Positions 44,939-55,778 of a stretch of 58,128 nt of DNA are shown one piece after another. Source of the stretch: a virus (Duplodnaviria; Caudoviricetes). Numbering within the stretch: the first letter of the stretch is position 1; the number at the start of each line of letters is the position of its first letter. The stretch is taken from the IMG/VR virus record IMGVR_UViG_3300030104_004696, positions 1 through 58,128 of that record, one strand, 5' to 3'. The notes beneath the pieces are model-generated. The model ran no database searches and was not told where the DNA came from. It worked only from the letters and a program-made list of their open reading frames with translations. The position numbers and the translations under genes are program-made.

Positions 44939-46390
44939 ATGTCAGTATTAGCAACACCAGGCTTTGACTTGCAGCCAAGTGCACAGCAAGTAGCGTTAGC
45001 CTCAAATTACATTACTAACTTTGATTTTCTTAATCAGTATCTTCCAGATACATATGAGAAAGAATTTGAAAGATATGGTAATAGAACAGTAGCATCATTT
45101 TTAAGAATGGTTGGTGCTGAAATGCCTTCTAACTCAGACCTTATAAAATGGGCTGAACAAGGAAGGTTACACACTAAATATACAGCGTGTACTTTAGCAA
45201 CTTATGTAGGTAATGAAACTACACAGGTAATAACAATCCCTGCAACACAAATCAACCCTGTAGCTCCAGCATCATCAGCTCCAAGTAATGGTTTTGCAGC
45301 AATCAGAGTAGGTCAAACTATTATGATCTCAGATGAAACTGCTGGATCAACTTTAAGTAATAAAGCAATAGTTACAGCTAATTCAGGATATGTTGCTGGT
45401 GGTCCAATGACTATAACAGTAGCTTACTATGAATTAACTCAAGCAGCTTATGCGGCAGCTTCAACTGTAAGTATATTTATTTATGGATCTGAATTCAAAA
45501 AAGGAACTGCTGGAATGTCTGGTTCTTTAGAAGCTCAAGACTTTATCTTTGACAACTCTCCAATTATCATCAAGGACACTTACGAAGTAAATGGTTCTGA
45601 CATGGCTCAAATTGGATGGGTTGAAATTTCTACTGAAAATGGTGGATCTGGATACTTATGGTATATGAAGTCTGAGCACGAAACAAGACTTCGTTTTGAA
45701 GACTATCTTGAAACTGCAATGGTTGAAGCGGTTCCTGCAGCAGTAGGTTCTGGTGCGGCAGCTACTACAGGTCCAGAAGGAAACAAAGGATCTGAAGGAG
45801 TATTCTACGTAGTTAATAACCGAGGAAATGTATGGAGTGGTGGTAACCCAGTTGCTCTTGCAGGTTTCGATGCAGTAATCCAAAGATTAGATAAGCAAGG
45901 TTCTATTGAAGAAAATGTTATTTTCGTAAATAGAGATTTCTCATTTGATATTGACGATATGTTAGCAGCACAAAACTCTTACGGAGCTGGTGGTACTTCA
46001 TATGGTTTATTTGATAATGATGAGGAAATGGCTTTAAACTTAGGCTTTACAGGTTTCCGTAGAGGTTATGATTTCTACAAGTCAGACTGGAAATACTTAA
46101 ACGATCCTACAATGAGAGGTGGTTTAACAGGTGGTAAAATCAATGGACTTATGGTTCCAGCTGGTTCTACAACTGTATATGACCAAATCTTAGGTAAGAA
46201 CGCTAAGCGTCCATTCTTACACGTTAGATACAGAGCTTCAGAAACTGAAGACAGACGTTACAAAACTTGGATCACTGGTTCAGCTGGTGGAGCAAGAACG
46301 TCTGATGTAGACAAGATGCAAGTTAACTTCTTATCTGAAAGAGCTTGTTGTACTTTAGGTGCAAACAACTTCTTCTTATTCCAAGATTAA
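44939..46390 (+). CDS. Major capsid protein
   Basis: 483 aa, visibly biased codon usage, followed by a strong terminator; position after portal and scaffold. Confidence 0.85.
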   Translation: MSVLATPGFDLQPSAQQVALASNYITNFDFLNQYLPDTYEKEFERYGNRTVASFLRMVGAEMPSNSDLIKWAEQGRLHTKYTACTLATYVGNETTQVITIPATQINPVAPASSAPSNGFAAIRVGQTIMISDETAGSTLSNKAIVTANSGYVAGGPMTITVAYYELTQAAYAAASTVSIFIYGSEFKKGTAGMSGSLEAQDFIFDNSPIIIKDTYEVNGSDMAQIGWVEISTENGGSGYLWYMKSEHETRLRFEDYLETAMVEAVPAAVGSGAAATTGPEGNKGSEGVFYVVNNRGNVWSGGNPVALAGFDAVIQRLDKQGSIEENVIFVNRDFSFDIDDMLAAQNSYGAGGTSYGLFDNDEEMALNLGFTGFRRGYDFYKSDWKYLNDPTMRGGLTGGKINGLMVPAGSTTVYDQILGKNAKRPFLHVRYRASETEDRRYKTWITGSAGGARTSDVDKMQVNFLSERACCTLGANNFFLFQD

Positions 46391-46406
46391 TAAGTATCAT
46401 TAATTT

Positions 46407-46437
46407 AGGGGAGGATTAACCTCCTCCCCTTTTTTTT
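46407..46437 (+). terminator. Rho-independent terminator
   Basis: AGGGGAGGA-TTAACC-TCCTCCCCT plus T-tract. Confidence 0.9.
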
Positions 46438-46459
46438 AACTTTAATTAAATTATATAAA

Positions 46460-47254
46460 ATGAAAAAACAAAACAAAGCTGTTGCTAAACAGTACCGATT
46501 AAAAAGAGATGTAGCTCCTTTATGTTTTATGCTATCTTCTCACCACAACAAAAGAACCCCATTACTTTATTTTGATGAAGACAAAGGGATAAACCGAGCT
46601 TTACGTTATGCACGAAATCAAAAAAGCCCTTTTGAGGATGAACAGGATGGAAATGCAATTATGGAACCTATTGTTTTTGAAGATGGGTTTTTAAATGTAG
46701 ATAGAGGAAATCAGGTTCTTCAAGAATTTTTATACTACCATCCACAAAATGGACATGTATATGAAGAAATTAATAATGCTAAAGACGCTGCGGAAGAATT
46801 AGAAATAGAAGAAATAATTTTAGATGCTCAAATATTAGCAAAAGAATTAGATCTTTCTACCCTTGAGAGTTTATCCAGAGTTTTATTTGGATCACAAGCA
46901 GATAAAAGAAGTACAGCAGAACTTCGTAGAGACATGTTAGTGTTCTCTCGTACTAACCCAGCTGATTTTATGGACATGTTAAATGATCCTTCACTTCAAG
47001 TGTATGATGATGTTTCTCAATTTTTTGGAGCTAACTTATTAATAGTTAAAAACAAAAATAGAGATGTTTACTTTAACTTAGCTACTAATAAAACTAAAAT
47101 GTTAACTGTTCCTTTTGGAGAAGACGCTAAAGATATTGTGGCTTCTTATATGCAAACTGATCAAGGAGTAGAAACATATAAGCTTTTAAATAAAATGCTA
47201 AAAGGAGACACTAAGAAATCTTCTAAAAAGAAACTCAAAAAGACTGAAGAGTAA
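46460..47254 (+). CDS. Conserved hypothetical protein after capsid gene
   Basis: 264 aa ORF between two terminators. Confidence 0.7.
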   Translation: MKKQNKAVAKQYRLKRDVAPLCFMLSSHHNKRTPLLYFDEDKGINRALRYARNQKSPFEDEQDGNAIMEPIVFEDGFLNVDRGNQVLQEFLYYHPQNGHVYEEINNAKDAAEELEIEEIILDAQILAKELDLSTLESLSRVLFGSQADKRSTAELRRDMLVFSRTNPADFMDMLNDPSLQVYDDVSQFFGANLLIVKNKNRDVYFNLATNKTKMLTVPFGEDAKDIVASYMQTDQGVETYKLLNKMLKGDTKKSSKKKLKKTEE

Positions 47255-47260
47255 TAAAGA

Positions 47261-47288
47261 GAGCACCTTAAATAGGTGCTTTTTTTTT
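47261..47288 (+). terminator. Rho-independent terminator
   Basis: AGCACCT-TAAAT-AGGTGCT plus T-tract. Confidence 0.85.
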
Positions 47289-47291
47289 ATC

Positions 47292-47299
47292 TATCTTTG
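47292..47299 (+). promoter_or_regulatory. Promoter -7 box TATCTTTG
   Basis: Directly after the terminator. Confidence 0.7.
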
Positions 47300-47329
47300 C
47301 ACTTTATTAACCCATTAAAATTATTAATT

Positions 47330-47623
47330 ATGGACAAATTTTTAGACACTCCTGTAACGGGAGAAACGGACATGCTTGTAAGCTGTTCAGATGTGATTGC
47401 TGTAACTATTGGAGATCCAGCAGGAGCAAACGCAACAACCAAAACTACTATTACTTACAATAGTGCTAACACAGTAACGATGACTCATGCTACAGTATCT
47501 ACTGCTTTAGAAATGAGAGATTCAATACAAAACGCTATGGAAGAAGCCTTAAAAACTTCTTGGACGGATGTTGCATTTGCATACGTACCAGCTAAAGCTG
47601 TTAGTGCAATAGCAGTAGCCTAA
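47330..47623 (+). CDS. Putative virion protein (start MDKFLDTP)
   Basis: The longer 47276 start overlaps the terminator and promoter, so ATG 47330 is preferred. Confidence 0.65.
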   Translation: MDKFLDTPVTGETDMLVSCSDVIAVTIGDPAGANATTKTTITYNSANTVTMTHATVSTALEMRDSIQNAMEEALKTSWTDVAFAYVPAKAVSAIAVA

Positions 47624-47628
47624 GTAAG

Positions 47629-48426
47629 ATGTATAGATATATTAATTTACCCGTACAAATGTATCCAGGTTCTACCGCAACAAATGCAGTTGCTGCAGAC
47701 TCTGGGACAACTGATGCGGCTACTGAAGGAAAACTAACTCAGTCAGGTCAAAACTTTTTAACTTCAGTTAGTGTAGGTGACTATGCTGTTATTACTACAG
47801 GTATTTCTGGGTATCCAGTAAGAACCTGGTCAAAAATAACAGCAGTAGATAGTGACACTGTATTAAGTATTAGTGGTGCTGGAAATCCTGCTACAGGTAC
47901 AGGAGGATTATCTGCTTCAGGAACAGTTTATTCTATTATAGCGGCAGCTGATATTTCTAAATGCGTATTAGCAGGGGCTAAGTTTACAGAAAATGTGCAA
48001 GCAGGAGATGTAGTGTGTAATGTAACTACTAATCTTAACTACACTGTAGCTTCGGTAACTAACGATACTACTATTGTTTTATCAGGAGATAATTTTGGAA
48101 TCCTTGTTGGTGATGACTTTTTTATCTTAACAGATAGAGGTTCTCAAGGAGCGACAAAAGTAAGATTAGATAACGCTACTGAAATTAGAGGTAATGCTTC
48201 TAATGGAGAGGTTACTGTTCATTACAAAAAAGTAGGATCTACTAATGATAAGTTAGCGATTAGCATGGGAGACACTGTAACGGATGATGCTTACTTTATT
48301 AAGTTTAAAGAAGTAGCGTTAGAAGTTATGAAGTCTAAATGGACTACTAATTCTGAAACGATGCCTTTAATGCCATCTACTGGTACTCAAGGTATTCAAT
48401 GGGCAGGTACTTTTACTTGGTCATAG
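47629..48426 (+). CDS. Putative virion protein with two beta-module repeats
   Basis: Two F...V..GD...T......V.SDT.L modules. Confidence 0.65.
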   Translation: MYRYINLPVQMYPGSTATNAVAADSGTTDAATEGKLTQSGQNFLTSVSVGDYAVITTGISGYPVRTWSKITAVDSDTVLSISGAGNPATGTGGLSASGTVYSIIAAADISKCVLAGAKFTENVQAGDVVCNVTTNLNYTVASVTNDTTIVLSGDNFGILVGDDFFILTDRGSQGATKVRLDNATEIRGNASNGEVTVHYKKVGSTNDKLAISMGDTVTDDAYFIKFKEVALEVMKSKWTTNSETMPLMPSTGTQGIQWAGTFTWS

Positions 48427-48443
48427 AGTATTAATTTACATTT

Positions 48444-48484
48444 TAAAAGAGAGGTTTACAAAAAAAGTAGACCTCTTTTTTTTT
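48444..48484 (+). terminator. Rho-independent terminator
   Basis: AGAGGTTTAC-AAAAAAA-GTAGACCTCT plus T-tract. Confidence 0.8.
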
Positions 48485-48486
48485 CT

Positions 48487-48494
48487 TATCTTTG
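48487..48494 (+). promoter_or_regulatory. Promoter -7 box TATCTTTG (tail operon)
   Basis: Directly after the terminator. Confidence 0.7.
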
Positions 48495-48512
48495 TAAAAA
48501 TCTTTATAAAGA

Positions 48513-49472
48513 ATGGCGGCATCGATAAACGAAGTTAGAAATACAGTATTAGCAATAGCTAATAAAAATAATTACGGATATATAACTCCTCAAGATTTTA
48601 ATCTTTATGCTCAGCAAGCACAGTTAGATATGTTTGAGGATTATTTTTATTATTATAATAATTGGATAAATAGAGAAAATAACCGATCTGCAGGAACAGG
48701 TTATGCAGATGTAATGAAGGGGTTAGAAGAAGTGATTGATACCTTTTCAGTAACTGTTACATTAGGAAATATTTTTGCTTCTAATGTATGGCAACTACCA
48801 AGGGATTATTATTTAATTAATAAAGTATTTTATTATTCCGATCCTTTATTTACAGGTACTAATACAGCTGCCGGAGTCAACGTTTTAATTGACGGAGCGG
48901 CTACTGGTTGGACTACTATTCCAACTTCATCACCAACTCCTCCTATTGGAAGTCTGGTGGTTAACACCGCTACTTTTGAGGAGGCTTACATTACAGGGGT
49001 AGTTTCAACCACGGAAGTAACTTTAAGTAGAAGTATTTTCCCGGTGGTATTAGGGCAAGAATATGTAATATATAATAATACTAAAATACGAGAAGTAGAA
49101 AGAGTAACACAAAGTAAAATTTGGTATTTAACTAATTCTCAATTAACCGCCCCTACTAAAACTTATCCTGCTTACACTATGGAGGGAAGTAGGATTACGG
49201 TATATCCTACTACTATTACAAATAGAGCTTCTATTAGGACTCAATATATTAGATATCCAAGACCTCCAAGATGGACTTTTCAAAACTTACAATTAGGAGA
49301 ACCTCAGTTTGATCCTACTCAACAAGATTTTCAAGAGTTTGAATTACCTGATTCTGATGAGCCTACGTTGATTGCTAAAATCTGTCAGTATGTAGGTATA
49401 GAAATACGAGAAGCAGAAGTTTATAACTTTGGAAAAGCAGAAGAAGATAGTGAAACACAAGAAAGTAGTTAA
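48513..49472 (+). CDS. Tail ring/head-tail adaptor protein
   Basis: NKNNYGYITPQDFN...LPRDY...YIRYP; position in the podovirus tail module. Confidence 0.65.
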   Translation: MAASINEVRNTVLAIANKNNYGYITPQDFNLYAQQAQLDMFEDYFYYYNNWINRENNRSAGTGYADVMKGLEEVIDTFSVTVTLGNIFASNVWQLPRDYYLINKVFYYSDPLFTGTNTAAGVNVLIDGAATGWTTIPTSSPTPPIGSLVVNTATFEEAYITGVVSTTEVTLSRSIFPVVLGQEYVIYNNTKIREVERVTQSKIWYLTNSQLTAPTKTYPAYTMEGSRITVYPTTITNRASIRTQYIRYPRPPRWTFQNLQLGEPQFDPTQQDFQEFELPDSDEPTLIAKICQYVGIEIREAEVYNFGKAEEDSETQESS

Positions 49473-49474
49473 TT

Positions 49475-50395
49475 ATGACATATATAACAGATTATCAATA
49501 TTACGAAAACAATCAAAATGTACCTACAGATGCTAACTGGGGTTCTTACCAATATGTTTCTTTGGAAGATATTGTTAATAATTTTATGCTAATGTATCAG
49601 GGCAACAACGAACTGATTAATAATATAAATCGATACCAAGTTTTGTTTCACGCAAAAAGAGGAATTCAAGAATTGAATTATGATGCGATGAAAGAAATAA
49701 AAATATTAGAGTTACAAATATGTGATCAATTAAGATTTGTCTTACCTCAAGATTATGTTAATTGGGTGAGAATATCTTTAGAGCAAAATGGAATGCTTTA
49801 TCCTATGACAGAAAATATTCAAACTAATTGGAGTGGGGCTTATTTACAAGACCATGAATGTAGAATATTATTTGATATTGATGGGAATGTTTTAAAACCT
49901 CATAACTCTTTTTGGGATAAAGAAAGATTAGGTAACCAACAACGAACTATGTATTTAGGAGATGGACCTTATAATGGACAGTTGGGGTACTTAGTAGACG
50001 GAATATGGTATTTTGATTATCAAATCGGAGCTCGATATGGTTTAAATACAGAGACTGCAAATGTAAATCCTACTTTTAGTATAAACAAAAAAGGAGGAGT
50101 AATAAACTTTAATTCAGGAATGGCTGGAAAGTTAGTGGTATTAGAGTATGTTTCAGATGGCATGGAAAATGGTGACGACTCCAGTGTAAGCGTAAATAAA
50201 TTATTTGAAGACTTTATATATGCTTATATAAAGTATGCTATTTTGAATGGCCGATTTGGAGTACAGGAATATATAATTAATAGAGCAAGAAAAGATAAAT
50301 CATCTTTATTAAGAAATGCTAAATTAAGATTAAGTAACATACACCCTGGTAGACTCTTACAAAATTTAAGAGGTCAGGATAAATGGATAAAATAA
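49475..50395 (+). CDS. Tail ring/tubular protein
   Basis: LPQDYVNWVRI...LEYVSDG...IYAYIKY; adaptor-like. Confidence 0.65.
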   Translation: MTYITDYQYYENNQNVPTDANWGSYQYVSLEDIVNNFMLMYQGNNELINNINRYQVLFHAKRGIQELNYDAMKEIKILELQICDQLRFVLPQDYVNWVRISLEQNGMLYPMTENIQTNWSGAYLQDHECRILFDIDGNVLKPHNSFWDKERLGNQQRTMYLGDGPYNGQLGYLVDGIWYFDYQIGARYGLNTETANVNPTFSINKKGGVINFNSGMAGKLVVLEYVSDGMENGDDSSVSVNKLFEDFIYAYIKYAILNGRFGVQEYIINRARKDKSSLLRNAKLRLSNIHPGRLLQNLRGQDKWIK

Positions 50396-50396
50396 T

Positions 50397-53300
50397 ATGA
50401 CAAATGTTAGCACGAATTTTATAAAGGGTAGAATGAATAAGTCTGTTGACGAAAGACTTATTCCTACAGGAGAGTATATTGATGCATTAAATGTTCGTTT
50501 AGGTTCTACAGAAAATACTGAAATAGGTGCGGTAGAAAATTCAAGAGGTAATAGTATTTTAACTGATTTACAGTTTCAAGGAGTCCCTTTGGTTGGAGAT
50601 GTGAGAACTATTGGAGTGTATGAGGATGGTATTAATGAAACTCTTTATTGGTTTATTCATAACGAAAACAATCCTAACTCTGTAACTACAGGGGTGGTAG
50701 ATATGATTGTATCTTATAATACTAATATAGGGTCCTTAGTTTATCACGTTATTAGTACTTCAGTTTTAAATTTTGATTTTAAATATTTAATAACCGGAGT
50801 AAGTAAGATTGAAAACTTATTATTTTTTACCGATGATTTAAATCCTCCTCGAGTTATAAATATAAAAAGAAATTATGATGACCCTGGACCTGGAACAGTA
50901 GATGATGTTTTTGAGGAAGAGGATGTAAGTGTTATTGTAAAGCCACCGGGCTTTGAGGATTTTGATGCAACTGCAGGACAGGTAGCTCCTTTAGGAGCTC
51001 CTTTTATAAAGCTTATTGCAATCCCTGGATTTAGTAATGCTGGTGGTGGTATCGAAAGTCCTAACTATATGGATGTTAGGTTTTTATCTTTTGCTTATAG
51101 ATATCGTTATGAAGACGGACAGTATAGTGCTACGTCTTTATTTACTAATCCTGCTTTTCAACCTCAGCCTGATTTTGAATTAAGCCTTCAGAATTTTTGG
51201 AACGATGCCATGAAAAATCGTTTTAATGGATGTAGAGTAACAGTTTCTACAGGATCTAAAAGGGTAAAAGAAATAGATATTCTTTTTAAATTAACAGGAT
51301 CTAATGTTATTAATGTAATTAAAAGATATGATAAAGAAATACTGGGAATTAATAATAATCAATTTTATGAAATTGAATTTCTTAACAGTGAAATATATAG
51401 CACTTTAGGATCAGACGAATTATTAAGACTTTATGACAATGTTCCTCGTACTGCTAAGGCTCAAACCATTCAAGGTAATCGTTTAATGTATGGTAATTAT
51501 GTTGATCAATACGATATTGTAGATGCTCCAGGAGGAAGTAAGATACCTATTACCTATCATGTCAATCCTATAACAGAGACTATAGCTGGTCAACCATTAC
51601 CAAATGGTGTTGGTTCTCCAGTTGATTATACTATTGATACTTTTACAGGAGGGACTCATACAGAGCCACTTGCAGCTTTGACTTTTGATTTATCAGATGC
51701 AGCTCCTGCAGGTGGGGCTCCTCTTGAAATTGGCACTACATTTAAATTTGAATTTAGCATGCAACAAGTGACCCCTACTACGGTAATTAATAATGGTATC
51801 ACTCCAGCACCAACTGCTACCATACAGTCCTCTCCATTTACTGTAGGATTTCTTTTTACGGTAGACCAGCCTTATGCGGATATTAATACTATGTTAAATT
51901 CAAGTGCTTTTAAAAATAGAATTGGAGGTAGTGTGGCTCAGGGCTTTGCCCCTGGTACTGCTTTGGAGCAAGGATTATTAAAATCTTTATATCCTTGTAA
52001 TGACTCTAATACAGGGGCTACTTTAGGGGATAAATTTTACGCTACTGCAGACTCACCAATGGTAGGAACAAGCTTTATATTAGTAAGTGGAGGAATAACA
52101 AATGCACCATGTGCTCCTGCTGTTTTAGATACTACCCCTTTTCCTATAGTTTGTACCACTAATTCTATTGCTTCGGGTGTTACTTCTTGTGGGGCTGCAC
52201 CATTAACTCCTTGTGCCGCTATAACTCCTCCTGTTCCTCCAGCTACGCAAGATACTGGACAAATGATTGTAACAGGTACTGATATGGGAGTTTTCGGTAT
52301 ACAAGTTGGAGATATAGTATACGATCAGCTAACTGGTTTATCAGCAGCAGTAATAGCACCAGCTCCAGTGGCTGGAGATGAGTTTGTTAATTTAGAAGAT
52401 ATAGATGGTGGATTAGCGACTTTAGCGGTCGATGGAACTACTTTTGTAATTATTCCTGGAGGAGCACCAACTGCACAATTATGTTTTCAAGATGGATTTG
52501 ATTATACGGTGTCGGGAGAATCATTTACTATTAAAGCTCCTGCTACTCAATATTTCCAGGCAGATGGAAGTGCGGGAGGAGTTTTTGCAAATGCATTTAG
52601 ATATTATCAGTTTATTGAGTTTTCTTGTTTTGCTTCTTATAAGCTAACAGCTGATACTTCAAGTCTTCATTCTAATAGAGACTATCAAGTAGGAATTGTT
52701 TATATGGATGAGTATGGAAGGTCTTCCACAGTGTTAACCAGTCAAGAGCCTACAGTATTTTTTGATGCGGGCAATTCGGTTAATCAAAATAAAATGCAAG
52801 TTAATCTTTCCAATATACCTCCTTATTGGGCTACTAAATATAAATTTGTAGTCAAGCCAAGTCAAGGTACCTATGAAACTATTTTTTCTAATTTATTTTA
52901 TGAACAAGACGGAACAGCTACTTTAGCAGATGCTGGATCTTCTTTACCAATAGCAGGAGAAAATGACCCATCGCAAGTATGGTTTAGGTTAGAGGGTCAA
53001 AACCAAAATGTTTTAAAAGTAGGAGATGAACTAATAGTAAAGTCAGATACTCAAGGTCCTCTTCCTACATTAGAAAAAGCGGTAGTTTTAGCTATAGAGG
53101 CTTATTCCAGTAGAGGTGTTACAAATAAATCTTTAAAAGGTTTATACATGCTTTTAAAACCATCTGGGTGGACTACTGAATCAATAGATCAGTCAGAAAT
53201 TTTTTATCCTCAAAAAAGTAAAAAGAATGAGAGTGGGGGTAGTATATCAGGAAGTTGTATTACAGCCTATAGTTTAAATTTTAGTAATGGAATTCCATAT

Positions 53301-55757
53301 GATATTCCAGCCGGATCTACTATAAGAATAAAACTTCAATCAACAAGAGGAGGAGGTGCTTGTAGAAGAAGAATATATTATGACAGAACTTTTATATCTA
53401 CACAAAGTTATGGTAATTTTCACCAATGGGCAATAGGAGATGATTTAGAAAGTCAAATGTTTTGTTCAGGAAATGGTGGTTCTGTTTCACCAGGAGTAAG
53501 TGATGTTGATGGAATGAACCTTAAATTTTTCCCTAACCTATATAGTAGTAGTTCATCGATATGTACTGCTCAAGGTGAGTTTAATGCAAGTTTTGGAATA
53601 TACCAAAACGCTGCGGGTTCAATGTATGCCGCATATCAAGGAGCACTTACCAGGTGTTCTGATTGGGGTGGATTGTTTCCAGGGAGAGCCCGATTAAAAA
53701 TAGAGGTAACCAGAACAAGTGGTATATTTTGTTTTGAAACAACACCTCAAGATGCAGATCCTAATTTATATTACGATGCTTCATCACTTTTAGATATTGG
53801 TACAGACCCAACTACTGGTAAGAAATTTCATAAAGCTAAACAAAATTTTGATCCATCTACATCTTTATATTCTTTAGCATCATTAGGACAAGATCAGGTA
53901 GTAGATGCTTCTGGTAATACAGTGGTTCCTTTAGTTACAATGCTTGATGCTTATAACTGTTACACTTTTGGAAATGGTGTAGAAAGTTATAAAATATATG
54001 ACAGTCCCTCTGGAAGAAGTTTTAATTTAGGAGAAAGAACGTTAGCTGTATCTAATCAAGACTTTCAAGAAGCAGACAGATTTGCAGGAATGACATATAG
54101 TGGAGTGTATAGTAGTTCAGCTAACAGTAATAATCTTAATGAATTTAATTTAGGGCTTGCAAACTTTAAAGATTTAGAAACTACATTTGGTCCTATTCAA
54201 AAACTTCATGCTCGTGAAACAGATATACTTGTATTACAAGAAGATAGGATATCTTATGTTTTAGCTGGTAAAAATGTTATTACAGATTCTACAGGAGGAG
54301 GGGCTATTGCTTCGGTACCTCAAGTATTAGGAACCCAAGTTGCCAGAATAGAAGAGTATGGTATAAGTTTTAATCCTGAAAGCTTTACTTCTTGGGGTTA
54401 TGACATGTTCTTTACTGACACTAAAAGAGGAGCTGTACTAAACTTAAGAGGAGCCTCGCAAGGTAGTGATCAATTACAAGTTGTTTCTACTTATGGGATG
54501 AATAGTTGGTTTAGAGATTGTTTTAACGCTAACTTAACTACTCAAAAATTAGGAGGATATGACCCTTATATGAAAGAGTATGTATTAGGAACTAATTTAA
54601 GGCAAGTACCAATGCCTGTTGATGAAATACCTTGTGGAACTTCTGTTAGTCAATTAAATGCTACTCAACCTATTACATTTGATGTTAATTTAGGATTGGT
54701 AATTGGTCAAGTAGACATACCATTTAGCGTGAATTCAGGAACTGTAACTATTACTGTAGAATGGGATGGGGCAGTTGTTGCAAGTGCTTCAGCTTTTAAT
54801 AACGGAATGCTTTCTTTTAATAAAACCACTAACACTCCTTCAACGTGTACGGTAACTTGTACGCCTTCAGGAGGAGCACCTATTGTTCCGGCTACTTATA
54901 AAATTACAGTAAGGTGCCCTAAAGAAAAAAAATTAACAGTTATTCAGGTAGTAGTAAATTCTAATAACTATAATGGACAATTTATTCATACTAATTATAA
55001 TTGGTTTAACTCAACTAACGTTAGTGCTTTTACAGGGTTTAGTTCAGCTGAATTAAATACTCCTGATGCTGCCGAGTATAGTTCTAATACAGGGATACAA
55101 TCTTTAAATGTGATACCGTATAACGGAGCTTCCATAAGATTGAGAACTGAAAAATATGGTATAGATAATTTTGATTTTGATCCTTCAATTCATAAATTTA
55201 GAATACATTATTCTACCACATTATATAACAATGTACCATCAGAAATTCAAACTTTATTAACAGCCTCTTCAGTAGTAAGTGGAGCTATTACTAATCCTTC
55301 ACCTGGAGTTTATGAAGCTGTTGAGCCTGCATTCACTATCCCTGGGGATAAATATTTATATTTAATTTGGGATTTCAGAATAGTTGGTTCTTCACAATTA
55401 TGTTATTGTTCTGATCCATCTTCAGCTGAAGAAGTTTGTTGCCTATGTGAAGTGCCTTGTAAGTTTGTTACTTTAGGCCCTCTCACTGCTACGCAGCCGC
55501 AGGCATGTATTAGTACCATTGGAGACCCAGGAAGTGCACTTAAAGGATTTACAGGAAATGGGGCATTGCCAACTTTAGGAAGTGTACTTTATAATAATAC
55601 TAAATGTAATTTATACCCAACTCCACCTTCGATACTTTCAGGTTATGCAGCTCCAGGATTTTATAGAGCAGATAGTTCAATAGTTGCTCCATTTAATGAT
55701 AATAAGTGGATAGAGATTGGTGCTAACGGAGTAGTAATATCAGAGGGAACATGTTAA
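50397..55757 (+). CDS. Tail nozzle/stabilisation protein (tubular B-like) with large insertions
   Basis: 1786 aa; GRMNKSVDERL..GEYIDALN start, LFFTDDLNPPRVIN, GNRLMYGNY, YGISFNPESF...FFTD. Confidence 0.75.
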   Translation: MTNVSTNFIKGRMNKSVDERLIPTGEYIDALNVRLGSTENTEIGAVENSRGNSILTDLQFQGVPLVGDVRTIGVYEDGINETLYWFIHNENNPNSVTTGVVDMIVSYNTNIGSLVYHVISTSVLNFDFKYLITGVSKIENLLFFTDDLNPPRVINIKRNYDDPGPGTVDDVFEEEDVSVIVKPPGFEDFDATAGQVAPLGAPFIKLIAIPGFSNAGGGIESPNYMDVRFLSFAYRYRYEDGQYSATSLFTNPAFQPQPDFELSLQNFWNDAMKNRFNGCRVTVSTGSKRVKEIDILFKLTGSNVINVIKRYDKEILGINNNQFYEIEFLNSEIYSTLGSDELLRLYDNVPRTAKAQTIQGNRLMYGNYVDQYDIVDAPGGSKIPITYHVNPITETIAGQPLPNGVGSPVDYTIDTFTGGTHTEPLAALTFDLSDAAPAGGAPLEIGTTFKFEFSMQQVTPTTVINNGITPAPTATIQSSPFTVGFLFTVDQPYADINTMLNSSAFKNRIGGSVAQGFAPGTALEQGLLKSLYPCNDSNTGATLGDKFYATADSPMVGTSFILVSGGITNAPCAPAVLDTTPFPIVCTTNSIASGVTSCGAAPLTPCAAITPPVPPATQDTGQMIVTGTDMGVFGIQVGDIVYDQLTGLSAAVIAPAPVAGDEFVNLEDIDGGLATLAVDGTTFVIIPGGAPTAQLCFQDGFDYTVSGESFTIKAPATQYFQADGSAGGVFANAFRYYQFIEFSCFASYKLTADTSSLHSNRDYQVGIVYMDEYGRSSTVLTSQEPTVFFDAGNSVNQNKMQVNLSNIPPYWATKYKFVVKPSQGTYETIFSNLFYEQDGTATLADAGSSLPIAGENDPSQVWFRLEGQNQNVLKVGDELIVKSDTQGPLPTLEKAVVLAIEAYSSRGVTNKSLKGLYMLLKPSGWTTESIDQSEIFYPQKSKKNESGGSISGSCITAYSLNFSNGIPYDIPAGSTIRIKLQSTRGGGACRRRIYYDRTFISTQSYGNFHQWAIGDDLESQMFCSGNGGSVSPGVSDVDGMNLKFFPNLYSSSSSICTAQGEFNASFGIYQNAAGSMYAAYQGALTRCSDWGGLFPGRARLKIEVTRTSGIFCFETTPQDADPNLYYDASSLLDIGTDPTTGKKFHKAKQNFDPSTSLYSLASLGQDQVVDASGNTVVPLVTMLDAYNCYTFGNGVESYKIYDSPSGRSFNLGERTLAVSNQDFQEADRFAGMTYSGVYSSSANSNNLNEFNLGLANFKDLETTFGPIQKLHARETDILVLQEDRISYVLAGKNVITDSTGGGAIASVPQVLGTQVARIEEYGISFNPESFTSWGYDMFFTDTKRGAVLNLRGASQGSDQLQVVSTYGMNSWFRDCFNANLTTQKLGGYDPYMKEYVLGTNLRQVPMPVDEIPCGTSVSQLNATQPITFDVNLGLVIGQVDIPFSVNSGTVTITVEWDGAVVASASAFNNGMLSFNKTTNTPSTCTVTCTPSGGAPIVPATYKITVRCPKEKKLTVIQVVVNSNNYNGQFIHTNYNWFNSTNVSAFTGFSSAELNTPDAAEYSSNTGIQSLNVIPYNGASIRLRTEKYGIDNFDFDPSIHKFRIHYSTTLYNNVPSEIQTLLTASSVVSGAITNPSPGVYEAVEPAFTIPGDKYLYLIWDFRIVGSSQLCYCSDPSSAEEVCCLCEVPCKFVTLGPLTATQPQACISTIGDPGSALKGFTGNGALPTLGSVLYNNTKCNLYPTPPSILSGYAAPGFYRADSSIVAPFNDNKWIEIGANGVVISEGTC

Positions 55758-55778
55758 ATAATAAAATAAAATAAAGAT

